Below are positions 47,601 through 60,369 of a stretch of 64,000 bases of DNA, in pieces; position 1 is the stretch's first letter; every line of letters starts with the position of its first letter. Source of the stretch: Paraspadella gotoi (lineage: Eukaryota; Animalia; Chaetognatha); NCBI GenBank assembly GCA_051294375.1, contig CM119265.1:22518636-22582635 (forward strand), read 5' to 3'. The position numbers were made by a program, and so were the translations under genes. The notes below the pieces were generated by a model. The model did not search any database. It saw only the letters and a program-made list of their open reading frames with translations, and was not told the origin of the DNA.

Positions 47601-50600
47601 AAAACCAAACATGAAATGTCTTTAAAAAAGTCCGTAATATGAGTTCGTGAATCGCAGTGAACGGAGGTAGACGATCCTGTTGGAGATAAGGTATAGACGT
47701 CATCGTAACCGTAACAAAAGAAAGCATTTTCGTTGAAAGATTTAAATTTTTAGTCGGATCTGCTTATCAGCAGATCCCGACTCTATAATCCACTTTGTCG
47801 GTCCGCCCCCTCAATCATGTCGGGCATTAAATTATATGTCAGAACATCGAATTATGATACATTATGCAAAAGAAATGTCCGTCCGTCTGTCTGTCAGTCT
47901 GTCTTTGTATGTATGTCCATTGTCCATCCCACCTTAGCAAAAAACTCCAATTACTTGTGATTGAATGGACGGATTGGAATGAAATTTTGTGTGAGGGTAG
48001 GAAAGTGTGTGTCTGACTCAGAGCTGGATATGAAGTCTGTCTCTGAGCTGGATATGAAGTTTCGATGGAATTGTGCGAGTGGAATAGAATTCAAATGGAA
48101 AAAATAAAAAAATAAATTTCACTATTTGAATGCCAATTACTCATGAGTGGATGGGGCGATTGACTTTAAATTTTGTATGTGGGTAGGAAAGTGTGTGATT
48201 AAGCTGGAAATAAAGTTTCGATGGAATTGTGGAAATGAGTTTAAATGAAAAAAACAAAAAAAACCTGTTTCACTAATTGATTATGCTTGTTTTTCTTTTT
48301 ATATTAAATGTAAATGCAAGATGTAATAATTAATAGAATAATTAATCAGTTAATAAATCAATTGTCAATTAATTAATCAATAATTAATTAATCAGTCAAT
48401 AATTAATCATTTAATTATTCAATCAATTTATTTATCTATTAAATAATTAAATCAATCAATTAATTTAACAATTAATTATTTAATAAATCAATCAATCAAG
48501 TCAATCATTATCGGCATTATTGTCGTCGTCGCCATCAACGTCGTCGTTGCTTTTGTTTCTGGTCAGTGACGAAAAGACCTAAAAACAAACATTTTGGGTC
48601 AAATTAATAAATTAATTAATTGCCTAATTAATTAACATGAATTCTATCATGTAGTTCTGCGCCCTACAACTAAGTGAAGCATCTGCTCTCCAAACGCGAC
48701 ATCTCCCGAGAGAAAAACGAAGAGGAAAACTCCTCTTCCCCGCCTTCTCTTCCCCTCCGTACGCTACCCAGTACGCCGACACGAGACAGAATCACTTCTT
48801 CTGTTCGCGCCTTTGCGCTCAGTCTCCCGGCTTTTTTACGAAAATATTTTTTGATTATTTTTGTTAAATAATTTTGCATATTTTTGTTTCTCTTTTTTTT
48901 GGAGTTCAGAATACAGATATTCTTCAACACGTGGCTTTTTTGAAGTTCTCTCTCTACGGCCGCCATCTTTTTCGTCTTCGTTGTGCGTGGCTTCGGAGGA
49001 AGAGCCTTGACTCGGCCCTTTCGCTTGCCCTCGACGCACCCTGCGCGGCTGCGGAGGGAAGAGCCGCGACTCGGCCCTCTCGTTTGCCCTCGGCGCTTAG
49101 TACGGCTGCAGGGGGGAAGAACCTTGTTTCGGCCCCCTTGTTTGTCCAGTGCTCTGTTTTTTGGACTGAGGCGCGTGTTTTCAACTCGACTACCCTCATG
49201 TCTCTTCCGCCGCCGCCTTCGCCGCCGCTCCCACCGCCGCTCCACCGCCTCCACCATCAGCCATTCGGGCTTTTCTGGTCAGGCCGAAGTCATGCCCCTT
49301 CAGATGGAGGCAGTTCTACTCCAAATTAGCAACGCTTTTCTAGCGTTCGTCGCGAATTTAAGGAGTTTCGCCGCTCGTCTCGTTCCGAGTTGGAGAGTCT
49401 TCGGCGGTGAGTACTTCTTTCTTTTCGTTTTGGTTTTTCGCCTTTTTTTGGCGTACATTCGGCGTACAGAGGGGTTTTCCTCCTGTGCCCCACCTAACTC
49501 GATTTGTTTGTTTGTTTTTTGTCGGGCCTTCGCCTGGTCTTGTTACAGGCTCACTTGTGGTGGGGAAGAACTACATGATAGAATTTTTGGTTCCTTATGG
49601 AACCGGGATTCTTCATGGTTCTTCCCCACCAACAACCACCCACCGTCCACCCCTGGCACCACCGGTGGTGGAGGGCGGCTCAGGCTCGCTTGTCTTGTTT
49701 GGTGGGTGTTTTTTGGGGTTCCTTTTTTGAGATTGTCATTTTTCAATGATTTCTCTTTTTTTCCATGTACGTTTTCTTCATGGTTCTTGGACGCCTCTGT
49801 TCGCCATTTCGCCGTTCTTCGTCGATCTTCGTTTGTTCGCCAGCGACTTGGAGTCTTCGCGTTCTTTGGCGGCCTCTTCGCGGCGGATCGGCCTTGCGCT
49901 CCGAGCGGGTGACTGCGTCACGCCTTCCTCGTCGAGCCCCGTCTGCGCAAGTCGACGACGACGCCTCCGTTTCCGGATCAGAGGAGGGTTCCTCCTCTGA
50001 AGAGTCTGCTGGGGTTTTGACAACTTCTTGTCTCGTCGTGCTTCTATACAGCCTTCGGAGTGGGTCCTGCAGCAGTGGAAGGATTTGCGCAGAGTTGGCC
50101 AGGACGACGTTCTTTTACCGTCGTGGGACGTGCTTTCCGCCAATACGCGTTTCCGGCGCTGGTCGGATGTTTCTTCGCCGGCGGAGTTTCGTCCTCCTGC
50201 TCAAGAGAGTTGCCTTGCCGCTCAGTTCGACGCCGTTCGGAAGGACTCCAAGACGACGCGCGCTTTCAAGGCTTTTGAGCGCATCATGAGGGACGCCGGA
50301 GCGTCCGCTCATGCTGTCCTTTCTGTCGCTGACGCTCTCCGCCTCATGGTTGAGGCCCTACGCTCGGAGGGGCCCGGTGCAGTGGACGCAGGCCACCTTG
50401 ACGATCTTGCCAAGCCCCTTGGAGACGCCTCGTCGGGTTTGGCGGCGATTTTTGGTTCGGCCCTCTCCGAGTCTCGGCGCTTAGTTGTCGACGCTGCCCC
50501 TTCGGATCTCAAGACAGTTCTGTCCAGTTCTCCGCCCTCCACGTCGTTCTTTTTCGGAGACCGCTCCACAGACGTCACTCAAGCGTTCCATTCTTCGCTT

Positions 50601-51544
50601 CTCCGCTCCGGGGCGCCACACAATTGCGCCTGTTCTGCTAGCCGCAAGCGTGGGCGTGGCAGTCCGCGTAGTCCCGCTCGCCGTCCTACGGCCTCGCAAG
50701 TCTTCGCCGCCTCCCAAGCGTAGGGCGGGGCTCCAGGGACGTCTAAGGACGCCGACTGATCGCCCGACAGCTCTTTCGCCGTTGCCTCGTCCGGCCGTCA
50801 GGTTCTCCAGGCCCGGCTTTCGTCCATGGACTGGTTTTTTGCGGTTTCTCATCCCCCCCTTCTACGACGTCCGGTCAAGTGGGCGTGGCACGTCACCGGA
50901 AGTCTTCGCGGGATTCCCCCTCTTGGTTTGCTTGGCTACGAGTGATTCTGTCTCGTGTCGGCGTCTGAGGAGCGTACGGAGGGGGAAGAGAAGGCGGGGA
51001 AGAGGAGTTTTCCTCTTCGTTTTTCTCTCGGAGATGTCGCGTTTGGAGAGCAGATGCTCACTTGTTGGTGGGGAAGAACAATGAAGAATCCCGGTTCCAT
51101 AAGGAACCAAAAATTAATTTTTTAATTAATTACCGCTAATGATCGTGGGCAGATCCGACATTGTTTGCCCAAACTTGTTAGAAATCGTTCCTTTTGGTTA
51201 AAACTGAGTCTAAAATAGTGATTTCCACTCCTAACCTCCTTAATCCTTTCTCCTTTCTCCTTCCACCATCACAATGCAACTTTCGTTTCCTTCAGGTGTC
51301 TCCTTACGCACCAATTCCGGAGATCGAACTCTCTCGCAGCCCCGAGGGTCTCGTGCGGGTCGGGATGATGCCCACCCTCAGTTCCCTCCATTACGGCGAC
51401 TACGGCGTCTTGGCCGTGTCGCCGTTCCCGCCTCCCGCCGCCGCGCCCCTCCCAGAACCTTCGCCCGTCACCATCCTGACCTCGTCGCCGGTACTCACCT
51501 CCAATCTCGACTCTTCTCCTCAAGTCTCGCCGGACATGAAATGA
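44668..51544 (+). CDS. Single-pass membrane protein: signal peptide, SUEL/Gal-lectin-like domain, CUB domain, S/T-rich stalk, TM helix, cytoplasmic tail; 8 exons
   Basis: Exons 44668/44686-44794, 44989-45150, 45608-45710, 45790-45956, 46046-46211, 46272-46353, 46647-47521 and 51296-51544. Signal peptide MKYFRFELILLIGQLFIHG. Lectin-like LNISCP...IKIVQGVYG...CSGKRNCQI...C...NYLMVAYQC. CUB GFIISPGYPSPY..DINCQC...DF...CQHDYV...FCG...GFWLEYKA. TM ILIVVGVSAFVVFFVVFAVAY followed by RKR. Confidence 0.85.
48640..51115 (+). mobile_element. Non-autonomous DIRS1-like (tyrosine-recombinase class) retrotransposon: ITRs + ICR + gag, no RT/RNase H/YR
   Basis: ITRs of ~140 bp at 48654-48796 and 50941-51079, with unique outer extensions 48640-48653 and 51080-51115. 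Segment 49549-49635 is the reverse complement of the right-end/left-end junction overlapping at AATT, which defines an ICR. Confidence 0.88.
49198..50723 (+). pseudogene. DIRS Gag-like ORF, probably spliced (intron 49407-49843) and frameshifted
   Basis: The open 231-aa part (50028-50723) is helical and contains RRLVVDAAPSDLKTVLSSSPPSTSFFFGD, resembling the RR...L...P...LFG motif of DIRS ORF1, followed by a basic tail. The upstream coiled-coil-like SSVRREFKEFRRSSRSELESLRR joins in phase to DLESSRSLAAS across GTGAGT...CAG. Confidence 0.65.
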
Positions 51545-52178
51545 AAAAAAAAAGCTTTTTTTATTTATTTATACATATTTATGTCGTTGTCCGTAACTTT
51601 GATCTCGTCCGGTTTTTTCTTTTTTTTTTATCGCTGATTGTGACTCGAGACTTGTAAAAAAATATATGCATCTTTTTTTTTTTCTTATTTTTTTATTTAT
51701 TTTTTTTTTTTTTGCTTTTAGCTCATTTATCATGATCTTTTTTATGCTCTACTAGTTTTCCTTGTGTTTTACTTTTACAAAAAATCGATGCCAGATTATT
51801 AATTACTGTATTTAGTTCCCGAGATAATGATTTTTCCATTTTTTGGGGGAAAAGACATGTTCCGGGTTAATCCCAGAAGATCAGTGATTCAGCCCGAATT
51901 AGGGTGCGGTGGGATCTCGATCTATTATTTTTATTGCTATTTAGTTTTTAGGCTGAGATAAAATAGTGTTGTGCGTAAAAGTAGTTGCGAATTTATTTAA
52001 TTTTTTCACTAGTTAAAGATTTCACTACGTAGATTTTTTACGCATAATTTTGGTTAATTTATTTTTTTTAGCCATCGCATCGGTGGTAATAGGTTGTTTG
52101 TTCTTGTTTGGATAATTAAGGAGAAACGCCTCAGAATATTTTTCAATATTTTCTATGCGGGCACAATTAATTGTTTTC

Positions 52179-52490
52179 TTTTTATCGTCGCAATCGCTAA
52201 GCATTTGCGACGATATTGTAACTCTTTTGCGCATAAGTGGCGTAGTCGTCGTCGTTGTCGGCGTTCCAAATTATAGATCGCCTTTTTTATGATTAAATTC
52301 GGGTGTATGAAGCTGAAAATTTATATACAGCTTCTCATCATCGATGTGCTTAAAATTGAGTCTGGACAGTTATTAAATATGTTTTGTTTACGTTTTATCA
52401 AAACAAACAAATTTTCTCTCTTTTATTTTCATATTTCTTTCTTTCTCTCTTTTCTCTTTTAATTACATGTCTCTCTTTATTTGGGTGTAG
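52179..52490 (+). mobile_element. HINE family B, 5' portion
   Basis: TTTTTATCGTCGCAA...TTGCGACGAT hairpin (52184-52214), (GTC)n, and the shared core GGGTGTATGAAGCTG...ATACAGCTTCTCATCATCGA. Confidence 0.8.
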
Positions 52491-52945
52491 ATTTAATCGA
52501 AATTATTTATCAATACAAACTACACAGTGACGAATAAAATAATTTGAGCTAGCCATGAAATTATTATAGCTTGATCTGGTGCCCAAGCGTGATGACCAAC
52601 CTATTTTTAATAAAATTAAAAGTAATTTTTCTAGTTCATATTTTGCCAGTCTAGACATTAAATTATTGATTTAAATATTGATCGAGAAATGCGGATCTCG
52701 ACATGTTCAAACCCCAAAGTTTGCTTTCGGACTCGTTACGGTAATCTAGTCAGTTTGTAGTTTAGATGGTCCGCATAGTATTGTTTACTCTTGTAAATTT
52801 TTGTTATGGCCAAAATAACTATATTGTACGTTTGTATTTGTATCTCATCTGATCTCGATAATTGTTTTTGTTTTTGAATATACCGATATTTCTTCCGATC
52901 TCCCAATGTTTACACTTTTACAGAATCGAACGAGTTAAAAAAACT

Positions 52946-55571
52946 ATGACAAAAGCCCACGTGGATACGCGGACGGAATTAGCAGAGCTTGTTAAAAGAA
53001 AGCATGACATTGCCGGTGAATTAGTAGTGGTTATTTATACTCGAGGAAATCAACATTCCATTACTTTCTCAAATTATCTTTAACCCCGTCTCTGGCTTTC
53101 CAGAGACTCTGGCAAATTTGGAGCGTCAAATCTACGCGTTCGAAGGAAGTTACTTGGAAGACACGCAGCAATACGGAAATATCATTCGAGGATGGGACAG
53201 GTATTTGACCAGCAATCGCAGTACCAACAGCAAACAGGACAAGAAGAACCGCAAGTTCAAGGAGGCGGATCGGCTTTTTTCAAAGTCCTCCATCACTTCC
53301 GCCGGTGCCGTCGCTGGCCTTCCTGGCGTCGGCTCGGGTTAGTTTAATGAGAAGACATTTGTTGTTAAGGCTTGTTGTAAAGGCGTGCTCGCTGCAAGTC
53401 AAGAAGTTGCTTGAATGAAATATGGGAAGTGAGAGTTATACTTTTAGAGTTTTCTTTTTCTTTTTATTAAATTGAATAATTTTTAACATAATTTTGTCAT
53501 AAATGGTAAGAACTGAATCATTAAACCAGAACAAAATGGTTGCTATTTCTTCAATAAATTTTTATTAAATCAAGTTAAAAAATAAAATGAACAAGGTAAG
53601 TGGTTAATTTTAAAAAGAATGAATACTGCATTATAAAAGCTCTCTTGCTTAAAAAATGAGGTTGTTTCTTACTGTCTTGCATCGAAGGAAACGATTTAAA
53701 AGATTATTTAATCAATATTATAAAAATATGTATTAAATATTGAAAAATATATAATCTAATAATTTTTTGTAAAAAAGTAATAACAAATTTTTTTACCAAT
53801 TTATGTAATTTAATGAATTTAAGTTTTTCAACCCAGTATAAGAGCAGTAAGCTCTTATTAACGGACAGTACCATTTAGAAACACTGAATGTTTTGACTTC
53901 GATTAAAGCGTTTCGATCTGTCTTACTTCCATTTAGGATCTGACAGTCGGGAGATGTCGCCGGCGTTGGACGACTCCGCCTCAGAAACCAACGTCGATCA
54001 GAACGCCAATCAAAAGCCGTCCTTTAACGGTCCTCCCGGTTAAACGTTTTCCTTTTAAATTTTTAGTCAGATCTGCTTATCGCAGATTCCGACTCTACAA
54101 TCCACTTTGTCGGTCCGTCGGTCCACCCCCCAAATCTTGTCGGTAATTCATTTTGATCATATCAGAACATCGAATTATGATAAATTATGCAAAAAAAAAC
54201 GATTTCCGTCCAACCGTCCGTCCTCCCCCCGTAGCAAAAAACTCTCATTACTCGTGATTGGATTGTTGGATTGTAATGAAATTTTGTGTGGGGGTAGGAA
54301 AGTGTGTGATTGAATAGAATATAAAGTTTTGATGGAATCGTACGAATTTTGTGTGTGGGTAGGAAAGTGTGTGTCATTTTTTCAACTTGCATCTTTTTTT
54401 AACTCGCATCATTTTTTTCAAACTCGCATCATTTTTTCAATCGCATCATTTTTTTAACTTACATCATTTTTTATTTTTGCATCATAACTTGCATCATTTT
54501 TCAACTTGCATCATTTTTTCATCCATTAATTAATCAATTAATTAAAACATTTATGAGTAAGCATAAATAATAAAAATTCAAGTCAACTTGACTTTGGTTT
54601 TTTCCATTTAAACTCATTTCCACTCGCACGATTCCATCTAAACTTTATACCCAGCTTTATCACACACTTTCCTACCCACATACAAAATTTAATCTCAATC
54701 TATCCATCCAATTATGATATATCGATAATATGGTTAAAATTAGTAAAAAGATTTAAGTTAATGTGACTTTTGTTATGTACAGACAGACGGACTTTGTTTT
54801 TTTTGCTTAATTTAGCATAATATGATGTTCTGATGTGATAAAAATGATTTACCAACAAGATTTAGGGGTGGGACCGACGGACCAACAAAGTCAATTATAG
54901 AGTTGGAATCTGCTGATTTGAGTTGAAAAAATTATGCAAGTTCAAAAATTAATGCGAGTTAAAAAAATGGAGCGAGTTAAAAAAAGAATACAAGATAAAA
55001 AATGAGGCGAGTTTAAAAAATGAGGTAAGTTGAAAAAATAATAATAGATAAAGAAAATATTTGTACTTTATTTATAATTATTTCTACCATACTAACAGTT
55101 CAGTTTAATCCCTTGCAAGCGATTTACATGTATGGTACAATCTGTTATGATCAGTTAGGATCACAAATTGAAAAAATTATCGTGATTGATTATCTAATTA
55201 GCTGATTACCACTTAATTATGGGAGGCAGATCCGACATAGTTTGCTCAAACTTGTTTTCTTTTAATTAGCTAATTTGTATTGAGTTTGTGCTGCATTTTT
55301 GTTGGTTTATAGAATTGGACAATTCTGAAGCGGGTAGCCTCAGCGAGGACCAATCAAGAAAAACTCAGGAAGATGGCCCCAGTGGAGGTACTATAGATGT
55401 TTTATATCTTTTTTGCTTCTCCGAAATTAAACACCTAATTTTTAAGATTTTCCCAAATTATTACCAGTTGCTGGTAATTCTGATGGCTCTTTACACAGCG
55501 TTCAAAATGGTAAAATTCACAAGCGTCACAACAGTCAAAACAAACTCAAAAACAAAAAGCGATACAGATGA
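52946..55571 (+). CDS. MEAF6: Chromatin modification-related protein MEAF6/Eaf6 (NuA4, MOZ and HBO1 complexes), 5 exons
   Basis: Exons 52946-53015, 53104-53337, 53937-54038, 55313-55388 and 55468-55571. [52 protein letters not shown]...[17 protein letters not shown]. Basic C-terminus KNKKRYR. Confidence 0.96.
54060..55255 (+). mobile_element. HINE family A copy containing an inverted internal fragment and inverted ~19-bp tandem arrays
   Basis: 5' TTTTAGTCAGATCTGC...GCAGATTCCGACT and 3' GCAGATCCGAC (55226-55236) followed by GTTTGCTCAAACTTGTT. Reverse-oriented family A sequence at ~54595-54917. Confidence 0.8.
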
Positions 55572-55738
55572 TCAATTAATTTGCTCCAACTTTCTTGCTA
55601 TTCATTTCGCCGATCGTCAAAATTTTGATCACTTCAACGGCCTCGTATTATCGCATATTTTTGTTTCTTTAATCTCACTATTTCTATTTGTCCAATTTTC
55701 TTGTTTGTATCGTAACTTATCTTTGAATTTAGATATAA

Positions 55739-58004
<2,266 letters not shown>

Positions 58005-58126
58005 CTCGATGTTTTCACGTTTTCCTTCTGATGCTTAAATGTTTGCTTTTTGACTATAAAATATTTGTTTGTTTCTCATAAACCACTGTGTAAGTAAAAA
58101 ATATTTAAACTCTAGAAATGTATATA

Positions 58127-58678
58127 CAAGGAGGTCCAGCTCTTATGGGACTAAATTTAAAAAAAATATTTTGGATGGGTAAACACTATAATAATTAAAT
58201 AAAAATTTTTATGCATGTTAGAGATTGTTAGGATTATACAATCTATTCAAAGGATCTACCCTGAACCTTTCACAAGCATCTACCAAAAGCAGCACAAGCT
58301 TGTGTGACCGCGCCCATAGGAAAGCTACCATATTGTTATTTTCAGAGAGTTGAGACTTTTGGAGGAGACCTCCATTTGTTTTAATCAAGGACAAGGAGCT
58401 TGTAATCAAAAAAACTTAGCGGCTGAAAGTCCGGAATCATCATCTTTTGTCCCGATTTTGCTTAAAATTCTCAAAAACTTTGTAAAGAAACGGCGCGGAA
58501 AGGTACGACATGGTATTTAAAAAGTGTTAATTACATCACTTCCCGATTCATCTTCGGGACTTATTTGATATGGATCGAAAGAAAAAGTTTCTAAATATGA
58601 TTTGGTTTTCGGTTTATTTTTAATCCTTCTCGCCCTCTAGGTTCTTAAAGAAAGTTCCAAAAGAGCTGGACCTCCCTG
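58127..58678. mobile_element. Tc1/mariner-type MITE
   Basis: TA-CAAGGAGGTCCAGCTCTTATGGGACT at 58125-58152 and AGTTCCAAAAGAGCTGGACCTCCCTG-TA at 58653-58680: 26-bp imperfect TIRs with a TA target-site duplication. Confidence 0.85.
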
Positions 58679-60369
58679 TAAAGCGTTGCTAAGATTTAAT
58701 ATTAAGCAATAATATAAAGAAAATTAAAACTATCGATCTTAATTCTTTAACATGAAAACCCTGCGCTCCCCGACATTTCTACACTGCCGCTGCCAATATC
58801 TTCACTGTAGTCTCTTTGTTAGTAATTCTAGTATTCAGTATTTATCTTACTCATTCGCAAATTTCAATTAGCATATTTGATGGAAGAAAAATTATTATAA
58901 TAGAAACGTTTATTGAATTCTTTGATAAGTTCAAGAGTCTTTGATGAATCCACGAGAGTCCTTGACAAATCCGCAAAAGTTTCGCCCCTACATTTTTTGG
59001 TGAAAAACATATTTTTCTTAAGAATCTCTTTATACGGAACAGGGGTAATTCGGAACACTGACTGACACATAAAAATGAATAAAAAATTTTTTTACTAAAA
59101 TTTTATAATTTTTTTAGTGCATTAAATATTTTACCAACTTGATTTTCCAATATTAAAGTTACAGCATTCCGCTGCTGCTACAGCAGCTGCAGCAGAATAT
59201 TTCAAAACTGATAGTAAATTTTTGTCTTTTTCAAGCTTCAGTCACAGTCATTCGTGACGTAATATGATTGATTATGAAATATTAATATGAAATTGGTACA
59301 ACCAATATAAAAATTATCCATTCATTTAATAAATAAGCTATCTTGCCCCTGACTTTGGACAGGCTTTGGTGGTTTAAGGCCTACATCACTCTTACAAGAT
59401 AATGACATAGCAGGTCCCTGCAAGGTTTCAATCAAGACTCTCTCACAGTCTCGTTTATTCACTCCCAGAGTACCTGGCTATGATAGACGAGACTACTAAT
59501 TTTTCATTATTGTATAGATTATTTCGAAACAACAATTCAATTATTTTTTACATAGCTACAATTAAATTGGGGTAAAACTGTGCTACAGTACCGGTCTTGG
59601 CTTTCCTTCACAAGTCCAGGGAAGCTATATCTTCTATAATAATGAAAGGAATGACTTGATATGCATGTGTGGGATGGAACTTGGTATGGCCTATTCCCCA
59701 TTCTATATTTCAAAAAACAATTTTGAAGTTTTGTTTTGAGCTTATTTTTTTTAAAATTTAATTGCATACTGTGCTCAAAATACTTGAACGATATAATTTT
59801 TTTTCTCAGTAAAAATTAATCTAACATTACTTGGTCTAATGGTAAAGTGTTAGACTGAATAAAAAAAAAAATTTATTATTTTAGCATATTGCTAATTATA
59901 ATAACTAACTCTATTATCTATTTTTTATTATTAGTTCTACTTTTTATTATAGAAATTAATAGTTGTATTGATAGGCAGTTTTATTCCTGTAATCAAATAT
60001 AATTATTTTATTATTAACTAAATAGTTATTTTTAATATATACTACAAAATATGATTTTTTGATAAATAATATTTTTTTTAAAAAAATTATGCCAAACTAT
60101 TGGTGAAATGATACTGATTACAAATATATAAATTTTTTTAAATTTGGATAACCCCTTAACAAAATACAGCCCCAAAAAAAGCCCTAAAAATGGTTAAAAA
60201 CACCTATTTTTTAAACCTTTCTAAAAACTGCAATAACGCGAATTTTCAACTCAAATTTGTAAGGTATATTAGAATTGGTAATATTTTATTGCCTGAAAAA
60301 ATCAGAGAATTTTATAAATAGATTAAATGACCCTTAAATTTTGTTTGAGTCGTTCTAATTTTTCTCGTA

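Larger units (their letters stand above)
47747..51179 (+). mobile_element. HINE family A copy interrupted by the DIRS-like element
   Basis: 5' TTTTTAGTCGGATCTGC...GCAGATCCCGACT at 47747-47782. The body continues to 48639. The 3' end TTACCGCTAATGATCGTGGGCAGATCCGACATTGTTTGCCCAAACTTGTT resumes after 51115. Confidence 0.88.

Noticed and set aside
48983-49912. 309-aa ORF inside the DIRS-like element as a membrane protein
   Set aside because: It starts at GTG, and most of it translates the T-rich predicted intron and ICR. Only the short segment before ~49338 plausibly belongs to gag.
48654-51079. Reading the ~140-bp inverted repeats as TIRs of a cut-and-paste DNA transposon
   Set aside because: There is no transposase. 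The asymmetric outer extensions are mirrored in an internal complementary region, which is diagnostic of DIRS1-type elements.
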